Origin: a bacterium | Lineage (GTDB): Bacteria > Zhuqueibacterota > QNDG01 > JAFGCO01 | Direction of reading: 5' to 3' | NCBI GenBank assembly: GCA_016932575.1 | Contig: JAFGCO010000006.1 | Location: forward strand, 16,238-80,237 | Length of the DNA: 64,000 nt | In this document: piece by piece, positions 10,960 through 20,050 of the stretch | How the letters are laid out: every line of letters begins with the position of its first letter | How positions within the stretch are numbered: position 1 is the stretch's first letter | Translations under genes and position numbers: made by a program | The notes under the pieces: generated by a model | The model's input: the letters and a program-made list of their open reading frames with translations, nothing else | The model's database searches: none | Told to the model about the DNA's origin: nothing

Positions 10960-11802
10960 ATGAATTTCAGCGTTATATTGGCAATGATCATTATGGGAGG
11001 ATTGGGATTAATTTTTGGTGCCTGGCTGGCTGTGGCCTCGCGTGTTTTCATGGTTAAGCGTGACCAGCGGATTGCTTTGATTGAAGAAGCCTTGCCAGGA
11101 GCCAACTGCGGTGCCTGTGGTGCGCCCGGATGCAGCGGTTTCGCAGAAGGCGTTGTGAAGGGCGTATATCCGGTGAATGGTTGTACGGTTGGCGGTGCTG
11201 ATGTGGCTGCCAAAGTGGCCGAAATTATGGGAACCAAGGCTGGAGAAACAGTACTCAAAGTCGCTGTTGTACGGTGCCGCGGGGATCATGAAAATGCCGT
11301 CGATCGTGCTCAATACACAGGGATTCAGGATTGCCGGGCAGCTGTCCAGATCAACAATGGTCCGAAAGGATGCGAATATGGATGCCTTGGCCTGGGTACA
11401 TGTGCAGCAGTTTGCCCGTTTGATGCCATTAAAATGAGCGAAAATGGCCTTCCTGTGGTGGATGAAGCATTGTGCACAGGCTGCGGAGAATGTGTCAAGG
11501 CATGCCCGAGAAATATTATGGCTCTGCTGCCAAGAGATCAGAAGATTTATCTGGCCTGTGTGTCCAGGGATTTTGGTAAAGCAGTGAAAGCCGTATGCAA
11601 GGTCGGCTGTATTGGGTGTACATTGTGCGCCAATCCAAAAACGACAGCCAATGAAATCATTACCATGGAGGGGAAATTACCGGTCATTCACTATGACAGA
11701 GTGAATGATCCGGTGGGAGATCTTCAGAATGCTGTTGAAAAATGCCCGACAAAAAGTTTTGCTGTCAGAGACACCAGCGGCAAGCAAAAGAAAAAACAAT
11801 AA
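10960..11802 (+). CDS. RnfB-like Fe-S cluster protein (membrane-anchored polyferredoxin), orphan: no other rnf genes nearby
   Basis: N-terminal TM helix, then CGACGAPGCSGFAEGVV (the RnfB-type cluster motif), plus further CxxCxxCxxxCP 4Fe-4S ferredoxin motifs. Confidence 0.75.
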   Translation: MNFSVILAMIIMGGLGLIFGAWLAVASRVFMVKRDQRIALIEEALPGANCGACGAPGCSGFAEGVVKGVYPVNGCTVGGADVAAKVAEIMGTKAGETVLKVAVVRCRGDHENAVDRAQYTGIQDCRAAVQINNGPKGCEYGCLGLGTCAAVCPFDAIKMSENGLPVVDEALCTGCGECVKACPRNIMALLPRDQKIYLACVSRDFGKAVKAVCKVGCIGCTLCANPKTTANEIITMEGKLPVIHYDRVNDPVGDLQNAVEKCPTKSFAVRDTSGKQKKKQ

Positions 11803-11816
11803 ACGGAACCAGAACC

Positions 11817-12545
11817 ATGAAAATTTTCAGATCTATAAATATACGATTGTCTGGTTTGAGTGTTATTGTGGCAGCTTTTCTTTTTGCTGAAAATGGGTAT
11901 TATATAGAAGAAAAAGTGACGACGCCTCCTATTTTCGGATTACCAGCGCAAACCCATTTCACGAAAACCTGGATTACGGACACACATCTGCGGCGCGATG
12001 AGGGTGATAAAAATCAAACCCTGTTAATCGACACCCGGAAAAATCAAGCCTGGCTGGTTCGACATCAGGACAGCACAATGATCAAGATGGATATAGCCAC
12101 ATTTCAGGGAATGGCTTTGATGACCATGATGATGTTCGGAGTTACATATGACACTTTAACAGGTGAACCGATCATTCCGGATTCGATTTTTTATAAAACC
12201 GGCAGACAGCGGCATGTCGGAGAATGGGATTGTCATGAAGTGGTCATTCACAGCCGTCGTCCGGATTCGGGCGATAAGAGGAATCACCGCGTGATAATGT
12301 GGGTGACAACCTCCCCGGATCGTCCGTTGTATGCATCGATTTTAAGAACCATGATGGGGCCCATGGTCAGACAATATGCTTTCTTTTTTGATCAGCTGGA
12401 ACGGCTGGGCGGATATCCCGCCGAGCTTCATACGCGGGCCATGGGTGTGGAAGTTACGCAGAAATTGTTATTATTGGAAGAGCGGGACATTGCTGACTCA
12501 TTTTTTCAATTACCGCCAGGATACCAGTCCGAAGAGACCCCATAA
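11817..12545 (+). CDS. hypothetical secreted protein
   Basis: ATG at 11817 gives a signal peptide (MKIFRSINIRLSGLSVIVAAFLFA). The upstream part of the ORF overlaps rnfB. No recognisable catalytic motif. Confidence 0.5.
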   Translation: MKIFRSINIRLSGLSVIVAAFLFAENGYYIEEKVTTPPIFGLPAQTHFTKTWITDTHLRRDEGDKNQTLLIDTRKNQAWLVRHQDSTMIKMDIATFQGMALMTMMMFGVTYDTLTGEPIIPDSIFYKTGRQRHVGEWDCHEVVIHSRRPDSGDKRNHRVIMWVTTSPDRPLYASILRTMMGPMVRQYAFFFDQLERLGGYPAELHTRAMGVEVTQKLLLLEERDIADSFFQLPPGYQSEETP

Positions 12546-12549
12546 TTTT

Positions 12550-14808
12550 TTATGCATTATTTTTTTTCAGATACATTAACACACTGATGCAGCCATTCAT
12601 GAGTGATAAGAGAAGCAGACAGTGAATAATCCCCAGAATGGGGATCAGCAATACAGAACATATAAACGCGCCAAATGCTGAACCAGACAAATCGGAACTA
12701 TAAAGAAATCCGGCCTGATGCGACAGTTCTTTTTTGGAATGGATGTAAAGATGGTTTGCCAGAACAAATTGGAACCCCCCCAGACTCCCTGCGAATAGTG
12801 TAAGTAATACAAACACGGGGGGAATCAATGAATGGAATGGTTGATGAAGCATCCATCGGCTGAAAAGGACCGTGCCGATACAGAGGAGAACATAAAGAGA
12901 CACGATTGCCTGAATTCTCCGAAAGGTCTCGAATCGGGCTTTCTTAAGTTGATACAGTTTCCATGCACGAAGACTGCCCAGGGAAAGTCCGAGCATATAA
13001 GAGGCGATCAGTATGGCGAGTATTTGATAAGTTGCTCCCCATAAAATTTGAAATCCGAGAATTAAAATAATCTCCAGAGAAATTTCGGTAAATCCCACGA
13101 TCCAGATGGACGCCAGGATATGCAGCTTTCTCCACCGGAGGGTTTTTTTCCATTGTTGCAACAGAAAAATAATCAGAAATAAGACGGCAATAAAAAAAAT
13201 CCAGCGGGACAGGTGAAGTTTGCTGAATTCCTGATATACTGTTTTAAATCCATGTGAAAAATGAGCGACCCATAATACTGTGTCGTAATAGTATCCCAGG
13301 GGTTTAAAATCTGTATTGCGTTGAGACGTGGGGTGAATTTGCTCCATAACCTGGGCAATCCGGTCACGACTTAGTGTATATTGGATGAAATAGTACCGAA
13401 TATACCGTGTTTGTAATCGCCGTTCATTGATACGGCTTTGCAGCCGGTCCGGATTTGAAAAGGTGAGCCCGGGCGTTGTTGAAGCAAGCCAGTGCTGGAC
13501 TTCCCCGGGTAAAATGGTCAGATCCGGAAATACATCCCGAACTGTGGCGGAAAGCATGCTGAGAAAATCAGACAATTCCGGATTGATAACATTTTCCTCT
13601 GCCCGAACCTGGAACGTGAATATCCCCTGGCTGTTCAGCCTATTTTTTACGGCTTTAAAAAATTCCAAAGTATAGAAACGGTTCAATTGATTGGTGTAGG
13701 GATTGGGCAGATTGGAGAGAATGACATCATATGATGTCCCATACCGATCGATGTATTGCCGGGCATCCATATGGTGAATATGGATACGGGGATCTGTCAC
13801 CAGGCTTTTCGCCCCGGGAATTTGACGCCGGATCATTTGTATTAATGCGGGATTGATTTCAACATAGTCGATATGCTGCACGGAGGGATGTTTAAGAATC
13901 TCGCGCAGCAAATCCACGCCGCCGCTGATTTGCAATACCCGTTTGGGAGCGGGATGCTGCAACAGGGCAAAATGGACAGAGGATTCAGCTGACAGCGGAT
14001 CGGGTGAAGTATACATCCAAAGACCATTTTGGTAAACATTGGTTTGGTCCTGGAGGCGGGTGATATGAATTTGTCCGTAGGGTGTATTTTTCGACAGTAC
14101 AATCGATTGATTGGGAAAGTATAATGCGTCCAGTCGGGTTTGTATGGATACTGAGAAATACCACAGGATGCAGTAACCCAAAAGGATCGGAAGCGTAAAC
14201 CTCAGGCGTTGTGTGTGGGGTGAAAGCAGGATCCATGCAGAAAAGAGGCTGAATCCTGAAAGAAAAAGGCCAATCTGAAAACTGTTCAAGGCGCGGATAA
14301 AAATAAAACTGGCCAGAAGACCCCCTAATCCCGCTCCAATTGACTCGAGAGTATAAACCCGGGGTGGTGAAAAGCGGCGGGTTTCATCTTCTTTCCAATG
14401 GCAAACCAGGGTATATAAATACCCGGATAACAGGCAGAATGGCCCCAGGACAATCGTCGTGATTATCAGCATGTGTGAAAACCCCGCCATTTCAGCGGCA
14501 GGAATACCGATGACAGATTTTGCGGAACGCACCAACCACAAGGTGCAGGGAATCACAAAAGCCCATGCGAGCTGGATGATGGCGATCCGATGTTGAACAC
14601 GGATTGGCGCAGGTAACAGCTTTGGAAGAAGTCCGCTTCCTGTGGCTGTCCAGATCAGCCAAAAAGCGAGAGTGGTTCCGATGCATAACTCATTTCCGTA
14701 AAACTGAGAAATCAGTTCCTGCATCATGAGTACCTGCATAGGGACCGAAATCATGCCAATGGCAATAATCGGTACTGAATTGAGTATTTGATTTTTATGA
14801 ATTTGCAT
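12550..14808 (-). CDS. fused polytopic membrane domain / spermidine-synthase-like aminopropyltransferase
   Basis: 752 aa. The N-terminal ~200 aa and C-terminal ~250 aa are multi-TM. The central part carries a spermidine synthase fold (VLQISGGVDLLREIL, VDYVEINPALI, YDVILSNLPNP). Confidence 0.8.
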   Translation of the reverse strand: MQIHKNQILNSVPIIAIGMISVPMQVLMMQELISQFYGNELCIGTTLAFWLIWTATGSGLLPKLLPAPIRVQHRIAIIQLAWAFVIPCTLWLVRSAKSVIGIPAAEMAGFSHMLIITTIVLGPFCLLSGYLYTLVCHWKEDETRRFSPPRVYTLESIGAGLGGLLASFIFIRALNSFQIGLFLSGFSLFSAWILLSPHTQRLRFTLPILLGYCILWYFSVSIQTRLDALYFPNQSIVLSKNTPYGQIHITRLQDQTNVYQNGLWMYTSPDPLSAESSVHFALLQHPAPKRVLQISGGVDLLREILKHPSVQHIDYVEINPALIQMIRRQIPGAKSLVTDPRIHIHHMDARQYIDRYGTSYDVILSNLPNPYTNQLNRFYTLEFFKAVKNRLNSQGIFTFQVRAEENVINPELSDFLSMLSATVRDVFPDLTILPGEVQHWLASTTPGLTFSNPDRLQSRINERRLQTRYIRYYFIQYTLSRDRIAQVMEQIHPTSQRNTDFKPLGYYYDTVLWVAHFSHGFKTVYQEFSKLHLSRWIFFIAVLFLIIFLLQQWKKTLRWRKLHILASIWIVGFTEISLEIILILGFQILWGATYQILAILIASYMLGLSLGSLRAWKLYQLKKARFETFRRIQAIVSLYVLLCIGTVLFSRWMLHQPFHSLIPPVFVLLTLFAGSLGGFQFVLANHLYIHSKKELSHQAGFLYSSDLSGSAFGAFICSVLLIPILGIIHCLLLLSLMNGCISVLMYLKKNNA

Positions 14809-15290
14809 TGTATCTTACATTATCCGGCTGATAAACAATGATCAATGGCTCCTCAGAGTTATCATGGCTATATTGCCAGACAGAATATTTCAGACCAGGT
14901 TATGTGATGTTTGTTATTTTGCCAAAAAGCGACAAAATCCAGGGAATCAATAAATATGTTGCTTCTTCCTGCGACCGTATTATATTAAAAGCAGGGATGA
15001 TGCAGTCCACGGTTCATCATTATTATAAAAAGAAACCACAGTACTTGCAAGTGTTATATCACTTGTTCCGGTTTACGAGATTGTCGTAAACCATTGTAAA
15101 CGGTATTTTAAACCTCCGAAAGGTTCAATAAGTTTAATATTCCCAATGTGCAATCTTAATTATAAAACCTCCCGGAGGTTTAACTTGCAACCTTTTTGAT
15201 AGTTACAACTAGAATTGGGACTCATTTAAAACCAGAATTTACGAACCGTATCAAAAAAACACATCGGATCAATAAATAAGAAGGAAACGA

Positions 15291-16739
15291 ATGATGCTTC
15301 ATGTTTACAATACGCTCAGCAAACAGAAGGAACCCTTCGAACCGGCCAATCCCCCGTTTGTGGGGATGTATGTATGCGGTCCGACGGTCTATGATGATCC
15401 GCATCTCGGACATGCCAAAAGTTACGTCAGTTTTGATGTTATCGTCCGTTTCCTTCGGGCGTTAAAATACAAAGTTCGTTACGTGCAAAACATTACAGAT
15501 GTCGGTCATCTTTTGGAAGATTCCGAAGACGGGGAAGACCGGATTATTAAAAAGGCCAAACTGGAAAAAGTTGAACCTATTGAAATCGCCCAAAAGTATG
15601 AGAGGCATTACTTTCATGATATGGATTTATTGAATAATCTTCGGCCCGATATTTCCTGCAGGGCCTCGGGATATATTCCAGAAATGATCGAGCTGGTTAA
15701 AACTTTGCTGGACAAGGGATATGCGTATGAAAACGAGGGAAATGTTTATTTTGATATCGCCAAATTTGAAGGTTACGGAAAATTGTCCGGACGCAAGATC
15801 GAAGATCTGCTGGAAGGTGTTCGTGATACAGTGGCTGAAGGTAAAAGGCATTCAGCCGATTTTGCTTTATGGAAAAAAGCGGATCCACAGCATATCATGC
15901 AATGGCTGTCGCCCTGGGGCCGGGGATACCCCGGCTGGCATCTTGAATGTTCCGTGATGTCCATGAAATACCTTGGAGAAAGTATAGACATCCATGGCGG
16001 CGGACTGGACAATCAGTTTCCCCATCATGAGTGCGAGATTGCACAAAGTGAAGCCGCTACAGGAAAACCCTTTGTGAAATACTGGCTGCATAACAACATG
16101 GTGACTATCAACGGCCAGAAAATGAGCAAATCATTGGGTAATTTCAAGGCGCTTCCCGATTTGTTTGAAACGTATGGCTCCATGGTCATCCGGTTTTTCA
16201 TTCTTCAGGGCCATTACCGCTCTCCGCAGGATTTTTCCGATCAGGCGCTTGATGCAGCCAAGGCGGGATTCACGCGGCTCTCGAAAATTGTTCAGGATAT
16301 TCGAAGCAGGATTGGAGAGACAGTCCAGAACCTTGAAGATTCAGAGCTTTCGGAACCCTGGAAGGGTTATAAACAGAAATTTTATGAATATATGGAAGAT
16401 GATTTCAATACGGCAGGTGCGGTTTCCGTATTATTTGATATGGCCAAAGAGTCCCAGGCGAGGCTGCAGTCCTCTCCGGAAAAGACAGATTTGGAATGTG
16501 CGGACAAATTGTTTCATGCGCTGGGAGAATCCATTCTCGGCCTGGCATTCAAATCCGAAAACGCCGTTTCGGGAACGGGCACTGCAGAATCAGAGCTCGT
16601 CGAATTTCTGCTTGAATTAAGGCAGGATTTTCGTGCAAAAAAAGACTGGGCCGCCAGTGATGCGATTCGCGACCGGTTAGGCGACATGGGGATTCTGGTG
16701 GAGGATGGAAAGGACGGGGCCTCCTGGCGGAAAGCGTAA
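15291..16739 (+). CDS. cysS: cysteine--tRNA ligase
   Basis: Class I HIGH (PHLGHA) and KMSKS motifs. Zinc-binding CGPTVYD region. Confidence 0.95.
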   Translation: MMLHVYNTLSKQKEPFEPANPPFVGMYVCGPTVYDDPHLGHAKSYVSFDVIVRFLRALKYKVRYVQNITDVGHLLEDSEDGEDRIIKKAKLEKVEPIEIAQKYERHYFHDMDLLNNLRPDISCRASGYIPEMIELVKTLLDKGYAYENEGNVYFDIAKFEGYGKLSGRKIEDLLEGVRDTVAEGKRHSADFALWKKADPQHIMQWLSPWGRGYPGWHLECSVMSMKYLGESIDIHGGGLDNQFPHHECEIAQSEAATGKPFVKYWLHNNMVTINGQKMSKSLGNFKALPDLFETYGSMVIRFFILQGHYRSPQDFSDQALDAAKAGFTRLSKIVQDIRSRIGETVQNLEDSELSEPWKGYKQKFYEYMEDDFNTAGAVSVLFDMAKESQARLQSSPEKTDLECADKLFHALGESILGLAFKSENAVSGTGTAESELVEFLLELRQDFRAKKDWAASDAIRDRLGDMGILVEDGKDGASWRKA

Positions 16740-17675
16740 GCGGTCATAAATTATGTATTTCAGGTTTGATTATGTGTAACTTTCACTTGCACGACCACAA
16801 TGATCGTAACACACGATTTCTAATTTGTTATTTCACTCACTAAGGGCGCCTGGCGAATTTAACTGGCGAATATTACAATTGGTTCTTTTAAATCCGTTTG
16901 TTCTTTTAATGTCTTTACCAGGCATGCAATCAACCATATTTTTATCAGATCATGTTTATCGTATGATTCAGTCTTGCTAACAGCTTTAAGCATATCATTA
17001 AAAATTGAAAATTGCTTTCCAATATAAGATTTTATGTTCTTGTCATATGAACCACATCCCTCAAAGCATTGATGTTTTTCAGAATATGTAAATCATAAGA
17101 AGATGAGATCATGGCAATATACGAGGCAATATAAGAAAATCAAGTATTTTCAGGGGAGTAACTTTGGTCTGTTTCCTGTCGTTTTTTCTTTTTTTGTCTA
17201 ATGAGACATGAAATCCATTCGATAAAAGACGCCAATTTAATAATTCTATGGGATATTCATTGCCATTTCCCTGTCTTGCGTCTTCATGTATCAGCCAAAA
17301 AAAATCTCAGACCGAGCAAAAACATCCACGTGACATTTAATAATAAACCGCCCATCGCGAAACTCATTGCGACTTCACTGAGTTTGGGTATAAAAGATAT
17401 ACATATTTCATAGATTGACAGCATTGCAAAGCCCGTGATTCCTGCAAGAGCGAGGTTTATTTCTATGAAAGGAATATATTGAATTGATCAAAAATGCACA
17501 AGAAGATTCTAAAATTCTACAAGGCAAGTTAAGGTATCGATAACAGAATTTATTTAAACCATTAATTTGTATTATGCTCACGATTAAAGCACTTAACATA
17601 CTATTTTGATAAACTAAATATCCGTCAGATACCAAATATTATCAAAATTAATACAGATTGTAATATTATTTAAAA

Positions 17676-18941
17676 TCATTCACCGATATTTGATCTCCAA
17701 TGACATAGAGCTTTAAATGCCAGTATATCATTATTAAAATGTAAATGAGATGCAAGCTCTGGTGGTGTTGTAGCTATATCAGGCGGTTCAAGTGGTACAG
17801 GATCTATAAAGTCAATTCCTTTTTCTTTTAGGGCATGGGCCCATTCCATTTTCACCCACTTTGAATCCTTGGCTGCTCTTGACCAAAACAAATAAAATAT
17901 ATCGCTTTTATCAATTAATTGAAATAATTTGGATTTATATTTATCTCCTGACCGTAAAGCTATTATATCCATGAATATTTCTAAATCTGGTATAATTTTC
18001 CTCATTCCCGTAAGAATTGAAAATACTTCTTCACGATCCTCACTTGCATATGAAGGAAATACAGATCGATATCTCATTTCCTTATGACTTAAAGGTTTAC
18101 TTTCTAAAGATAATTCACCAACATGTATAACAAAATATAGCTTGGAAATCGGTATGCCATTTAAATAAATACTAATTCGACCTTTATAATTACCAAAGGA
18201 CATACTCTTTGGAGCTTTCACAATAAACGTTGCATTTCCAATATCTCCGTCCCAAAATATAGCATCTTCTGGATCGTCAATAATAAAGGGTGCTAAATCA
18301 ATTCTAACATTTAATAAAGAACCTTTTACAATGGATACTGGCCCTTTAAAATCAACTTGAATAGGTTTTTCATTGAAAATTATTTTTGATCGTTTAAGGA
18401 CTTCGTCCCTCTGTCTTTCTAGGTGTGCAAACAACTCAATTCGAAAAGTTGAACCAGGTTCTACGGTAGATAATGATGTTAATGTGAAATGCACTTTGTT
18501 GAATTTTTTATGTGGCATTTCTATTTTTTGATTTAAATCAGGCTCTACTATATCAAACACATATCTTTTAAGTTTATTTCTAGCACTACGAATAGCCCTA
18601 TCAAATGCTTCTTCACTAATTTGCATTTCCTTTATAATTTCTTTCGTACTTGCTTCCTGCATTATAATTGTCATTATTTTTCGTTCGGTATCATTTAAAT
18701 ATTTAAATGCTGCTTTAATCTTTTCAGTAAGATCTTCAGATTCAGAAAGAGAATCTTGTGAGAAATTATACACATTCCCTATAAATGGATCTACAGGATC
18801 TTGTACAGAGGAATTTTTCCTTCTGGCTTCAGTATTTTCTGGTTTTACTTCTGTTTCCCGACTCTTTTCAATCACATCAGATATTCTTCGCTTATATAGA
18901 TTTTCATACGTTTCATCTTCAATGTGCTTTTCCCGGCGCAT
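17676..18941 (-). CDS. three-part protein: sigma70 region-4-like HTH, beta-sandwich domain, C-terminal TIR domain. Putative defense/NAD+-signalling effector or regulator, in a low-GC islet. The maximal ORF extends to a TTG at 19139
   Basis: C-terminus RSVFPSYASEDRE...IFYLFWSRAAKDSKWVKMEWAHAL matches TIR box1 (VFxSY) and the WxxxE catalytic-Glu region. The region LNDTERKIMTIIMQEASTKEIIKEMQISEEAFDRAIRSARNKLKR resembles sigma70 region 4 / LuxR HTH. The N-terminus is K/E/R-rich. The gene is much more AT-rich than its flanks. The first ATG with upstream -10-like sequence is at 18941; the 66 codons upstream look like promoter DNA. Confidence 0.7.
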   Translation of the reverse strand: MRREKHIEDETYENLYKRRISDVIEKSRETEVKPENTEARRKNSSVQDPVDPFIGNVYNFSQDSLSESEDLTEKIKAAFKYLNDTERKIMTIIMQEASTKEIIKEMQISEEAFDRAIRSARNKLKRYVFDIVEPDLNQKIEMPHKKFNKVHFTLTSLSTVEPGSTFRIELFAHLERQRDEVLKRSKIIFNEKPIQVDFKGPVSIVKGSLLNVRIDLAPFIIDDPEDAIFWDGDIGNATFIVKAPKSMSFGNYKGRISIYLNGIPISKLYFVIHVGELSLESKPLSHKEMRYRSVFPSYASEDREEVFSILTGMRKIIPDLEIFMDIIALRSGDKYKSKLFQLIDKSDIFYLFWSRAAKDSKWVKMEWAHALKEKGIDFIDPVPLEPPDIATTPPELASHLHFNNDILAFKALCHWRSNIGE

Positions 18942-19339
18942 CTGCCTGATTTTCTGCCTTCTTCGATCTAGATATTTATAATTTAAAATACTATGAGCCC
19001 ATTGAATGAACAATCCTTTATATTCCACTTCCAAACATCGAATTGATAAGATAATATATAGAATCCATAAAAAAATATTTCCCTCGTTCCCACGGTCTGA
19101 GACTGTGTGAAAATGGATAAAACCCCCTCCTCGATCCAAAGGAACGGATCGAGGTCCCCCTTATCAGGGGGACAAATTTTCTCTTCGATATGAAAAACGG
19201 AGAAACAGCGTATTGTAATATTGGAAAAAAACACAGTCAAAACACCCGGGGTTTGGCTATTTTCACACAAACTCTCTCCGTGGGAACGCATTCAATGACG
19301 CTTTCGCGTCATAATATTATTGTTATGGGGCTTGTTCCC

Positions 19340-20050
19340 TTATTCATCGAAAAACTGATACCCTGCTCCACGGATACTTTTAATAAAGACCGGTTTTGAG
19401 GGATCTGTTTCGAAATATTTTCGAAGGCGCGAAATAAAGCTGTCCACGGTCCGGGTTTCAACCTCTGAACTGACGTGCCACACATTTTCGAGCAGGGCCT
19501 TTCTGGAGACGATCTTTCCTTTATGCAGAATGAGATACTTGATAACCATAGCTTCATGAGGGGTTAGACGGATTTCCTGTTTTTCTGTTTTGCAGACCAG
19601 GGTTTCAAAATTTATTTTATTATCTCCAAAGCAATAAACAGGGCCAATCTCAGACACATCCTGGTACCACTGTTTTCGCTTTAACATACCCCGAATCCGG
19701 AGCAGTAATTCCTGCAAATGAAAGGGCTTGGTTAAGTAATCATCTGCGCCGATCTCCAGCCCTTTAATGCGATCTTTGGCCGTGGTTCTGGCGGTGAGTA
19801 TGAGAATAGGCATTTGAGGGGATTTTTCACGGATTATTTCGGTCAGTTCGAAGCCGTCATAAAAAGGGAGCATGATATCCATGATGATTAAATCGAAGGA
19901 TTGATTCTGTATCAGATCAAGGGCAATCCGTCCGTCTTCAGCCCGGGTCACATGGTATCCTTCATGAGTAAGATTATATTCCAATCCGACTGCCAGGTTC
20001 TCCTCATCTTCAACCAGCAGAATGCGACTTTTTTCTTTTTCATTCTTCAA
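19340..20050 (-). CDS. two-component response regulator, OmpR/PhoB family (receiver plus winged helix)
   Basis: ILLVEDEENL, the DLIIMDIMLP acceptor Asp, and C-terminal trans_reg_C motifs (GAGYQF). Confidence 0.9.
   Translation of the reverse strand: MKNEKEKSRILLVEDEENLAVGLEYNLTHEGYHVTRAEDGRIALDLIQNQSFDLIIMDIMLPFYDGFELTEIIREKSPQMPILILTARTTAKDRIKGLEIGADDYLTKPFHLQELLLRIRGMLKRKQWYQDVSEIGPVYCFGDNKINFETLVCKTEKQEIRLTPHEAMVIKYLILHKGKIVSRKALLENVWHVSSEVETRTVDSFISRLRKYFETDPSKPVFIKSIRGAGYQFFDE

Noticed and set aside
14838-15089. 83-aa ORF in the divergent region upstream of cysS
   Set aside because: No RBS and no protein-like features. More likely promoter or leader DNA.
17201-17635. Two short ORFs (70 and 75 aa) inside the AT-rich 0.9 kb stretch
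   Set aside because: They have a low-complexity AT-rich translation, no RBS and no recognisable motif. They are treated as non-coding, though the region itself is flagged as a finding.
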